Shown: one piece after another, positions 51,092 to 57,011 of the stretch
Numbering within the stretch: position 1 is the first letter of the stretch
How the letters are laid out: each line of letters begins with the position of its first letter
DNA from: a virus
IMG/VR virus record: IMGVR_UViG_3300045988_011398
DNA length: 64,000 nucleotides
Direction: 5' to 3' (one strand)
Position numbers and translations under genes: made by a program
The notes under the pieces: model-generated
The model's database searches: none
Told to the model about the DNA's origin: nothing
Seen by the model: the letters and a program-made list of their open reading frames with translations, nothing else

Positions 51092-51416
51092 TGTACTCTC
51101 CCTTTACAACCTGTTCATAGAAATTAGAGCCTATCCAATTGAATATCAGCCTACTAAGTTCTACATTCATCCTTCTTATCATAGTCTCCTCCTGACCATC
51201 AAGGACTTTTGCAGTCTCCTTTACTGTTATTACTCTATACTTCTTGCCACCTTTTACAAACCATATCACAGACTCATATTCCTTATATGCTTTGAATGTT
51301 TGATGTGGCTTTACAGTCCTCTGAAGTACAAGATGTCCAGTAGTCTTTATCTTGAGTGCATCTCTCTTATCTTCAATAGACCTGTTAAGTCCTTCTATAA
51401 TATCTTCTGCTTTCAT
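51072..51416 (-). CDS. uncharacterised protein (114 aa)
   Basis: ATG start. The 3-prime end overlaps the TerL start by 20 nt. Confidence 0.5.
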   Translation of the reverse strand: MKAEDIIEGLNRSIEDKRDALKIKTTGHLVLQRTVKPHQTFKAYKEYESVIWFVKGGKKYRVITVKETAKVLDGQEETMIRRMNVELSRLIFNWIGSNFYEQVVKGEYNGYIDE

Positions 51417-51419
51417 ACC

Positions 51420-51974
51420 TTAAATGTTTAGTCCATCTTCCATTATTGTCTTCTCTCCTTGACCTCTCATCTTACCAGCTACCATAGACTCCTTGGCTAT
51501 AGCTTTTTCAGCATCATCCAAATCCTTCACAAGTGATGGAACTTGTTTGATAGTAGCTGTAATTGTATTCAGTGTATATATAGGCTTACCCTTGTCATCT
51601 GTTTGTGTAAGGTCTATGTCTCTCAACAGTTTCCTTAATTTATCAACTGCATATCTTGTGTCTTCAAGAAGAAGAGCAGAAGTAGGCTTGAAGCTGTTAT
51701 AAAATTCCATAGCAGCCAATACTACTTTATCAGGTTCCCATTTCTCAGGTAATCCCTCACCTTCCTTAATAGCTTGCTTTCTCTGTTCCTCATCAGTAAG
51801 ATACTGATAATCACTTCTTGGGTCACAGAAGAAATAAATAAAGCCTAATTCCATCATAGCCTTATCCTTATTCTGAGACCTATCTCTTTGCCATATCTGT
51901 TTGAAGGGCTTCAATAGTAGAGCCTCAGGCTCAATTACCATTTTATAACCCTCATATTTGAACAATCTTATCAT
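51420..51974 (-). CDS. uncharacterised protein upstream of terL (184 aa from the first ATG); small-terminase role possible but unsupported
   Basis: The track start at 52019 is TTG and lies inside the terminator hairpin. The first ATG is at 51974 (alternative at 51944). Confidence 0.45.
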   Translation of the reverse strand: MIRLFKYEGYKMVIEPEALLLKPFKQIWQRDRSQNKDKAMMELGFIYFFCDPRSDYQYLTDEEQRKQAIKEGEGLPEKWEPDKVVLAAMEFYNSFKPTSALLLEDTRYAVDKLRKLLRDIDLTQTDDKGKPIYTLNTITATIKQVPSLVKDLDDAEKAIAKESMVAGKMRGQGEKTIMEDGLNI

Positions 51975-51983
51975 AACTAAAAT

Positions 51984-52026
51984 AAAAGAAAAAGAGCCTG
52001 TCAGGTTTAATTTTCCCAACAGGCTC
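51984..52026 (-). terminator. intrinsic terminator after the GroES-like gene
   Basis: 8-bp stem gagcctgt / acaggctc. The minus strand continues tttttctttt. Confidence 0.65.
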
Positions 52027-52034
52027 TCCTATAA

Positions 52035-52460
52035 TTATACAATCAGCTTCTTCTCTTCTGGCTTAATCAAGGTTGAAGGAGTTGGGTCTGGAACCTCTTC
52101 ATATTCCTCAATTATGAAATCAATATCTCTATCCTGAAGTAGAAGACATTGCTTACCATCCATCTCAATCACATCAAAGTTATACTTTACTACAGGATTG
52201 TCAGTAACTACACCATCTTTAAGTGTGCCTGCCTGATGTTGCTTGACAGCAAATCTTGTAGGGTTTACACAAACCAAATCTCCAACTTTAATATCTCTTA
52301 CTGAACTACCAATTGCAAGTACAGTCTGATATTCCTTTAGTCCACCTTGTTGCTTAGTTACATCAAGCAATCCTCCAGATGTTCTTACATCCTCCTCATA
52401 CTTATCCATTGTAGTGATAAGTGCAGTGAACATGGGTTTTATCTTTTTAACTTTCAGCAT
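52035..52460 (-). CDS. GroES/Cpn10-like co-chaperonin candidate (141 aa)
   Basis: IKPMFTALITT...EDVRTSGGLL...TVLAIGSSVRDIKVGDLVCVNP...LLLQDRDIDFII parallels GroES IRPLHDRVIVK...ETKSAGGIV...EVLAVGNG..VKVGDIVIF...LIMSESDILAIV. Confidence 0.5.
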   Translation of the reverse strand: MLKVKKIKPMFTALITTMDKYEEDVRTSGGLLDVTKQQGGLKEYQTVLAIGSSVRDIKVGDLVCVNPTRFAVKQHQAGTLKDGVVTDNPVVKYNFDVIEMDGKQCLLLQDRDIDFIIEEYEEVPDPTPSTLIKPEEKKLIV

Positions 52461-52722
52461 TTTCTCTTAATCTCTTAATATATTTGAATCTTTTCTTAAC
52501 ACCCATCATCCTGTCAAATGTACAAGTTAATTTGCCTAATGATGGAATATTGAAATTTGTTCTTAGTTTAGCAAATTCCTCTTCACTAATATCATCCTTT
52601 AATGGTAAGGACTGTATAGTTTGTTTTATGAACTTCCAATAAGATTTGTAGGCTGTGTCTACCACTTCAAGTGGTATATCCATCTCTTGTGAGACCTTAC
52701 CAATTATATCAGGATAATTCAT
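52447..52722 (-). CDS. small HU-like DNA-binding fold candidate (91 aa)
   Basis: The N-terminal pattern MNxxDIIxKVxxEMxIxxxVVDxAxKxxxxFIxxxI followed by NIPSLGKLTCTF parallels HU helices 1-2 and the GFGxF strand. Confidence 0.35.
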   Translation of the reverse strand: MNYPDIIGKVSQEMDIPLEVVDTAYKSYWKFIKQTIQSLPLKDDISEEEFAKLRTNFNIPSLGKLTCTFDRMMGVKKRFKYIKRLRENAES

Positions 52723-53102
52723 TTCAATTCAAAAAGTAACAATAGTTGGAAAGTACCAGTCTCTTCATCAATGTTTGGGATAAATCTTGGGTTTATCTTA
52801 CCATCAACTATGACTTTATTCTTTCTCAGTTTTCCCATAATCACTTGGAAGTGAGGAAGAGTGATATTGCACTCTTCCCTTACCTTCCTTTTAGTATCTT
52901 CACTCATTGTAACCTTATCAAGAATGTCATTATCCTTAATAACTTTACTGAGTTCATATCTTTGCTTTACGAAGCTTGTGATTACATCAATCTCTCTATC
53001 AGTTAATTTATGAAAAGGCTCTAAGAACTCAAACCAATATCTAAAGAACTTACCATTTAATGAAGTAGGAATCCTAACTATATTGTTAGCCTTCTTATTC
53101 AT
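52719..53102 (-). CDS. possible winged-helix DNA-binding protein (127 aa)
   Basis: LTDREIDVITSFV and ITLPHFQVIMGKLRKNKVI look like HTH/recognition-helix segments. Weak evidence. Confidence 0.3.
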   Translation of the reverse strand: MNKKANNIVRIPTSLNGKFFRYWFEFLEPFHKLTDREIDVITSFVKQRYELSKVIKDNDILDKVTMSEDTKRKVREECNITLPHFQVIMGKLRKNKVIVDGKINPRFIPNIDEETGTFQLLLLFELK

Positions 53103-53113
53103 AATAGTTCAGT

Positions 53114-53422
53114 TTACTCTTCAGGTTTATCTTCTGTCTCCTCCTCAGTCTCAGGAACTGTCATCAGGTCTTCAATCTCAGCCACACACTTAGCCACAAA
53201 CTCCTCACTAAAGGCATGTGCATTCTCCACTACCTTGAACAGGTAATCAAGTCTCTTGAACATATTAACCATGTTGGCTTCCTGCAATTTTGCATACAGT
53301 TGCTTTGCTTGGTTGCTCAACTGATGAGCAATGTTTTCAAGTTGCTCATAAGACATCTTTTCAGGTCTTGCAGCCTCAGGAGTAGGCTTCATTTCTACTT
53401 TTGCTTCTTTCTTCTCTTCCAT
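53114..53422 (-). CDS. acidic uncharacterised protein (102 aa)
   Basis: ATG start, with E-rich termini. Confidence 0.45.
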   Translation of the reverse strand: MEEKKEAKVEMKPTPEAARPEKMSYEQLENIAHQLSNQAKQLYAKLQEANMVNMFKRLDYLFKVVENAHAFSEEFVAKCVAEIEDLMTVPETEEETEDKPEE

Positions 53423-53433
53423 TTTATTATTTA

Positions 53434-53646
53434 TTAAAAAGGTTTACCATACTTCTTTTTATACATCTCCCTCCAAGACTCTATATCTGTAGAGTCTGTA
53501 TCAGTACATCCACATTCATCACAGTAGTCTACCTTATCATTAAGGACCATGACTTTTAATGAGAGACAATTCTTACAATAGACCACTGGAACTGCATCAT
53601 AGTATTCCTTAGGATGCTCTTCTTTGGTATTGTTTAAGTTGTCCAT
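53434..53646 (-). CDS. zinc-ribbon protein (70 aa)
   Basis: CKNC-x17-CDEC forms a four-Cys pattern. Confidence 0.5.
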   Translation of the reverse strand: MDNLNNTKEEHPKEYYDAVPVVYCKNCLSLKVMVLNDKVDYCDECGCTDTDSTDIESWREMYKKKYGKPF

Positions 53647-53908
53647 AAATCTTCTTCTTTAACTCATTAGTACTTCTACTGTGTACCCCTTTCCTTTTGC
53701 TTGTATTAGCTCTATTATTGAAAGGTCTTCTTGGCATTACAATACCCTCAGCAGTCACATGTCCTCTTCTCATAGCTCTTCTAACTGACTTAAATCTATG
53801 AACTCCATCATAGGTAATCAAGTGTAGAACTATGATACCTTTTGAGATATAATCCTCAAACTCTTCTTGACTCATCAGGTCTCTTTCAATTTTCTTCTGC
53901 TCTTCCAT
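53609..53908 (-). CDS. basic uncharacterised protein (99 aa)
   Basis: ATG start and an R/K-rich C-terminal half. Overlaps the next ORF by 38 nt. Confidence 0.45.
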   Translation of the reverse strand: MEEQKKIERDLMSQEEFEDYISKGIIVLHLITYDGVHRFKSVRRAMRRGHVTAEGIVMPRRPFNNRANTSKRKGVHSRSTNELKKKIYGQLKQYQRRAS

Positions 53909-53927
53909 ATTTCACAATGTTATGTTA

Positions 53928-54128
53928 TTACTTGTAGTACACTAACACAAATTGACCATTTTCCTTCAGAAGGGAAACAATGTCTTCTCTTTTTACCCCT
54001 TCCTCATTAGCAGTTTTTACAATCTCCCTAATTGTATTAGCTGCCATTGCAGTCATAATTTGGTGAACCACATTGGTTTCAGAAACCTTCTTAGTTCTTA
54101 CCATTTTGCTCTTCTCAATTTCTTCCAT
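53928..54128 (-). CDS. small uncharacterised protein (66 aa), first ORF after the tRNA array
   Basis: ATG start 19 nt downstream of the last tRNA. Confidence 0.45.
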   Translation of the reverse strand: MEEIEKSKMVRTKKVSETNVVHQIMTAMAANTIREIVKTANEEGVKREDIVSLLKENGQFVLVYYK

Positions 54129-54146
54129 AGCTTAACTAAAATTAGT

Positions 54147-54214
54147 TGCGGAGGTAGGAATTGAACCTACGGAGTCCAGCTTATGAGACTGGATTGAATA
54201 CCAATTCTCCCCGC
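54147..54214 (-). tRNA. non-canonical tRNA-like gene, anticodon CAT
   Basis: AC arm ccagt-ctCATaa-gctgg and T arm gtagg-ttcaatt-cctac. The acceptor pairs over only 6 bp, the D loop is 5 nt, and the whole gene is 68 nt. Confidence 0.55.
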
Positions 54215-54223
54215 GATGTTTAG

Positions 54224-54295
54224 TGCAGATAGACAGACTCGAACTGTCACATTGACATTGGAAGTGTCACATACTGACCTTTATACTATACCTGC
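54224..54295 (-). tRNA. tRNA-Gly(TCC)
   Basis: Acceptor gcaggta/tatctgc, AC arm tgaca-ctTCCaa-tgtca, T arm gacag-ttcgagt-ctgtc. Confidence 0.85.
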
Positions 54296-54300
54296 ATTTG

Positions 54301-54373
54301 AGTAGATAACTGGATTTGAACCAGCCCCTTGACATTGGCAATGTCATATGCTAACCACTAACACCATACCTAC
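54301..54373 (-). tRNA. tRNA-Gly(GCC)
   Basis: Acceptor gtaggta/tatctac, AC arm tgaca-ttGCCaa-tgtca, T arm gctgg-ttcaaat-ccagt. Confidence 0.85.
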
Positions 54374-54552
54374 ATAAAGCCAAAGATTTGCATCTGGTAC
54401 TTTGGCATTGCAAGGTTTCACCTTAACTTGCACCCTCCTTCACATTCCACCCATATCCAGCTTGTTATAGTGTCAGCTCACTTTGGGGTTTCCATTGGAC
54501 TAAGGAGTGTTAGCCTCTCACTGAATGGAATACAGCTTTTACTAACTTGTTG

Positions 54553-54624
54553 AGGCTTCTGTCAGAATCGAACTGACATTACTGGGTTACAAAGCCAGTT
54601 TCCTAACCATTGAAAGAAGAAGCC
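54553..54624 (-). tRNA. tRNA-Thr(TGT)
   Basis: Acceptor ggcttct/agaagcc, D arm tttc/ggaa, AC loop ttTGTaa (31-39 is a C-C mismatch), T arm gtcag-ttcgatt-ctgac. Confidence 0.8.
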
Positions 54625-54628
54625 ATTG

Positions 54629-54712
54629 TAGCTCAAGAGGGATTTGAACCCTCAATCCCTAAAGGGCGAGGGATTTTAAGTCCCTTGTGTATGCCAGTTC
54701 CACCATTGAGCC
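54629..54712 (-). tRNA. tRNA-Leu(TAA), long variable arm
   Basis: Acceptor ggctcaa/ttgagct, AC arm aggga-ctTAAaa-tccct, T arm gaggg-ttcaaat-ccctc. 84 nt. Confidence 0.85.
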
Positions 54713-54720
54713 ATTATATA

Positions 54721-55173
54721 TTAATAAGGTCTAATATCACAAAGTTCAAATAGATACTTATACTTATTAATATTCTGAATGAATGTCTCACACTCTGAAG
54801 TAATACCTTTATATACAGTCTCCTGTGGTATCTTATCATAGAATACTACAGTAGCACCTCTTACTTCATTTATGAAGTCTATAGCATTAAGAGTATCACT
54901 TGGAGTACCTTTTATAACATTAGGTTGCATCTTACCAAGTATTCCCATGTATCCTTCTGCAAGACTGTCTTGATAGTCTGAAAGTATGCTCAGAAATTCA
55001 TCAAGATATACATGTATATTCTTCTTAGGTGCTGCCCAATGCAAGTTTTTACACTTTGTTTTCCACCCTTCAAGTCTATTCAAGAAGCTAATAAAGAACT
55101 CGGAAGGATTCATATTAGGGTCTTCTTGTTTCATTGTTTCAAGTGGTGTCAATAACATATCATCACCATACAT
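54721..55173 (-). CDS. Dps/ferritin-like four-helix-bundle protein (150 aa) embedded in the tRNA array
   Basis: WKTKCKNLHWAAPKKNIHVYLDEFLSILSDYQDSLAEGYMGILG parallels E. coli Dps [44 protein letters not shown] (HW, H, D/E and DxxxAE positions). It has its own promoter at 55199-55230. Confidence 0.55.
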   Translation of the reverse strand: MYGDDMLLTPLETMKQEDPNMNPSEFFISFLNRLEGWKTKCKNLHWAAPKKNIHVYLDEFLSILSDYQDSLAEGYMGILGKMQPNVIKGTPSDTLNAIDFINEVRGATVVFYDKIPQETVYKGITSECETFIQNINKYKYLFELCDIRPY

Positions 55174-55198
55174 AAGCTTTATTGTTTATTTGATAATG

Positions 55199-55230
55199 CA
55201 AAGGTAAGTATTTTATTTGGAATATGCAAA
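55199..55230 (-). promoter_or_regulatory. Bacteroidota-type promoter (TTTG-N20-TACCTTTG)
   Basis: Minus-strand read: atttgcatat..ttacttacctttgca. Lies between tRNA-Leu(TAG) and the Dps-like ORF. Confidence 0.75.
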
Positions 55231-55259
55231 TAAAATGCTAATTATTTTTCAATTATTTG

Positions 55260-55348
55260 TACCCTCTGTGAGACTCGAACTCACACACTACTATTACTTC
55301 ATCCCAGTTTCTAAGACTGGTGTGTCTACCAAATTCCACCAAGAGGGC
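55260..55348 (-). tRNA. tRNA-Leu(TAG), long variable arm
   Basis: Acceptor gccctct/agagggt, AC arm ccagt-ctTAGaa-actgg, T arm gtgag-ttcgagt-ctcac. 89 nt. Confidence 0.85.
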
Positions 55349-55354
55349 ATATTG

Positions 55355-55440
55355 TGCTCCTGAAGAGAGTCGAACTCTTAATCTCTATTTCAAGCCCTGA
55401 CTTTTGAGGTCAGTGTGTATTCCAATTCCACCACAGGAGC
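55355..55440 (-). tRNA. tRNA-Leu(CAA), long variable arm
   Basis: Acceptor gctcctg/caggagc, AC arm ctgac-ctCAAaa-gtcag, T arm aagag-ttcgact-ctctt. Confidence 0.85.
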
Positions 55441-55446
55441 ATTATG

Positions 55447-55522
55447 TGGGGACTCTGGGAATTGAACCACAAGCCTACAGTTTTTCAGACTGCCGTGCAA
55501 TAACCACCTACACCAAGTCTCC
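55447..55522 (-). tRNA. tRNA-Phe(GAA), imperfect T stem
   Basis: AC arm gcagt-ctGAAaa-actgt and D arm gtgt/gcac. The acceptor has one A-C mismatch and the T stem has only 3 of 5 pairs. Confidence 0.6.
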
Positions 55523-55590
55523 ATATTGACTTATTTGCATCTCTACCTGCATCACCTTCCATAAGTCAAGGACAAAAATTTCTATTGAAG

Positions 55591-55676
55591 TGGGAGTGGT
55601 AGGATTCGGACCTACTGAGTTTCTAATGTGCTGGTTTTACAGACCAGTGCCCATCCACCATCTGAGCAGCACCCCC
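55591..55676 (-). tRNA. tRNA-Tyr(GTA), long variable region
   Basis: Acceptor gggggtg/cactccc, D arm gctc/gggc, AC arm ctggt-ctGTAaa-accag, T arm gtagg-tccgaat-cctac. 86 nt. Confidence 0.75.
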
Positions 55677-55684
55677 ATAATAAG

Positions 55685-55757
55685 TTCCCTCATAAGGAAT
55701 CGAACCTTACTCTCAGGATTAAAAGTCCAGAGCATCCACCAACAATGCTTTGAGGGA
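55685..55757 (-). tRNA. tRNA-Lys(TTT)
   Basis: Acceptor tccctca/tgaggga, D arm gcat/atgc, AC loop ctTTTaa (one U-U pair in the stem), T arm taagg-ttcgatt-cctta. Confidence 0.8.
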
Positions 55758-55762
55758 ATATG

Positions 55763-55836
55763 TGCTCCCACAAGGACTCGAACCTTGAGTCCCCTGTTTA
55801 AGAGACAGGTGCTTTAACCAATTCAGCTATAGGAGC
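55763..55836 (-). tRNA. tRNA-Lys(CTT)
   Basis: Acceptor gctccta/tgggagc, AC arm cctgt-ctCTTaa-acagg, T arm caagg-ttcgagt-ccttg. Confidence 0.85.
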
Positions 55837-55843
55837 TTATAAG

Positions 55844-55918
55844 ACTTGGAGGTGGGATTTGAACCCACGAATCATCAGATTTGCAGTCTGTGCCCTTAGA
55901 CCACTCAGGTACTCCAAG
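55844..55918 (-). tRNA. tRNA-Cys(GCA)
   Basis: Acceptor cttggag/ctccaag is perfect, AC loop ctGCAaa on a 4-bp stem, T arm gtggg-ttcaaat-cccac. The D arm is irregular. Confidence 0.7.
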
Positions 55919-55922
55919 ATAG

Positions 55923-55994
55923 TACTGGTATAAGGACTTGAACCTTCATCTTGAGTGTATAAGACTCCTGCACTAACCATTATGCTATACCAGT
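55923..55994 (-). tRNA. tRNA-Ile(TAT)
   Basis: Acceptor actggta/taccagt is perfect, AC loop ctTATac, T loop ttcaagt. Confidence 0.7.
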
Positions 55995-56001
55995 ATATTG
56001 G

Positions 56002-56073
56002 GGTGTCTGATGGGACTTGAACCCACACAATTTGGAGCCACAATCCAAAGCTCTACCATTAAGCTACAGACAC
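56002..56073 (-). tRNA. tRNA-His(GTG); CCA encoded (to 55999), no encoded G-1
   Basis: Acceptor gtgtctg/cagacac, discriminator C, then cca. AC arm ttgga-ttGTGgc-tccaa, D arm gctt/gagc. Confidence 0.8.
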
Positions 56074-56075
56074 AG

Positions 56076-56147
56076 TTCTGATGGATAGACTCGAACTATC
56101 AACTACTGCCTTATGAGAGCAGCTTTCTACCATTGAAATACATCAGA
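56076..56147 (-). tRNA. tRNA with CAT anticodon (elongator Met or lysidine-type Ile)
   Basis: Acceptor tctgatg/catcaga, D arm tttc/gaaa, AC arm ctgct-ctCATaa-ggcag, T arm gatag-ttcgagt-ctatc. Confidence 0.8.
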
Positions 56148-56154
56148 ATATAAG

Positions 56155-56227
56155 TGGGCAAGTAAGGACTCGAACCTTCATTACTTGAATATCAGTCAAG
56201 CTTCCTGACCAATTAGAAGACATGCCC
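56155..56227 (-). tRNA. tRNA-Ile(GAT)
   Basis: Acceptor gggcatg/cttgccc (one U-U pair), AC arm cttga-ctGATat-tcaag, T loop ttcgagt. Confidence 0.8.
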
Positions 56228-56234
56228 ATTTTAG

Positions 56235-56307
56235 CTAAGGTGGCAGGACTTGAACCCACAACTGCTGGTTTTGGAGACCAGTGTTCTACCAATTGAACTA
56301 CACCCTA
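56235..56307 (-). tRNA. tRNA-Trp(CCA)
   Basis: Acceptor tagggtg/cacctta, D arm gttc/gaac, AC arm ctggt-ctCCAaa-accag, T arm gtggg-ttcaagt-cctgc. Confidence 0.85.
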
Positions 56308-56313
56308 ATTTAG

Positions 56314-56386
56314 TTGCAGGTAGTGGATTTGCACCACTGTTCCCCCCATTATGAGTGGGGCAAGATAACTACTTCTCCAACCTGCG
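56314..56386 (-). tRNA. tRNA-Met(CAT), initiator-like
   Basis: Acceptor cgcaggt/acctgca gives a C1-A72 mismatch. GC-rich AC stem cccca-ctCATaa-tgggg, T arm agtgg-tgcaaat-ccact. Confidence 0.7.
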
Positions 56387-56499
56387 GAAGAAACATCAAA
56401 TCATGTGATTATGTCTCCTTATTGCACTCAGAGACTTTTCAGAAATGATGGCATCAAGTATTGCAAGCTACTTGACTGAACTTCTTGCAAAAGTTCTTG

Positions 56500-56571
56500 C
56501 GGGAAGTGTAGGACTCGAACCTACAGCCTGAGGATTAACAGTCCCCTGCTCTACCATTGAGCTAACAACCC
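56500..56571 (-). tRNA. tRNA-Asn(GTT), two U-U pairs in the acceptor
   Basis: Acceptor gggttgt/acttccc, D arm gctc/gagc, AC arm gggga-ctGTTaa-tcctc, T arm gtagg-ttcgagt-cctac. Confidence 0.7.
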
Positions 56572-56579
56572 ATTATTAG

Positions 56580-56653
56580 TTGCTCCTATTAGAATCGAAC
56601 TAATGACCTTCTGTGTGTAAAACAGACATTCTGAACCACTGAACTAAGGAGCA
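56580..56653 (-). tRNA. tRNA-Val(TAC)
   Basis: Acceptor tgctcct/aggagca, AC arm tctgt-ttTACac-acaga, T arm attag-ttcgatt-ctaat. Confidence 0.85.
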
Positions 56654-56739
56654 ATGAAGGCAGTTTCTTTAATCTCTAACTGCCCAAAAGAGTGTCCAAA
56701 GCAAAAGCTCTAACATTATGAAAACATGAAAACAATGAG

Positions 56740-56813
56740 TGGAGAATGAGGGACTTGAACCCTAAACTCTTCTTTGCAAAAGAAGTGTGTTAGCCAATTA
56801 CACCACAAACCCC
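56740..56813 (-). tRNA. tRNA-Ala(TGC) with G3-U70
   Basis: Acceptor ggggttt/attctcc (G3-U70 present, two U-U pairs), AC arm cttct-ttTGCaa-agaag, T loop ttcaagt. Confidence 0.75.
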
Positions 56814-56818
56814 ATTAG

Positions 56819-56894
56819 TAGAGTAGACAAGACTCGAACTTGCAATATCACTGCATCCCAAATGCAGGGGGCTAACCAATTACCCTACTACTCT
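56819..56894 (-). tRNA. tRNA-Pro(TGG)
   Basis: Acceptor agagtag/ctactct, D arm gggt/gccc, AC arm ctgca-ttTGGga-tgcag, T arm gcaag-ttcgagt-cttgt. Confidence 0.8.
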
Positions 56895-56901
56895 ATATTT
56901 G

Positions 56902-56986
56902 CGGAGAGCATTGTACTCGAAACAAATGCCTTTTACAGCACACATTACTTAGCAGGTAAGTCCACTGCCTCAGTGGTTTACTCTCC
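56902..56986 (-). tRNA. tRNA-Ser(GCT), long variable arm
   Basis: Acceptor ggagagt/gctctcc, AC loop ctGCTaa, T loop ttcgagt. 85 nt. Confidence 0.75.
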
Positions 56987-57011
56987 ATTAATCAGCCTTT
57001 CAAAGAACATG

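Noticed and set aside
51975-52019. N-terminal extension of the 199-aa track ORF (TTG start at 52019).
   Set aside because: The extension lies inside the terminator hairpin and T-run of the upstream gene. The first ATG is at 51974.
18156-53437. Numerous short opposite-strand or out-of-frame ORFs within the late block (for example 26719-27039, 31097-31447, 33238-33597, 34308-34766, 35802-36242, 45020-45223, 49864-50091, 50185-50379, 52746-53006, 53216-53437).
   Set aside because: Each lies fully inside a longer ORF with better composition, a proper ATG, and operon-like spacing to its neighbours. None has its own promoter motif.
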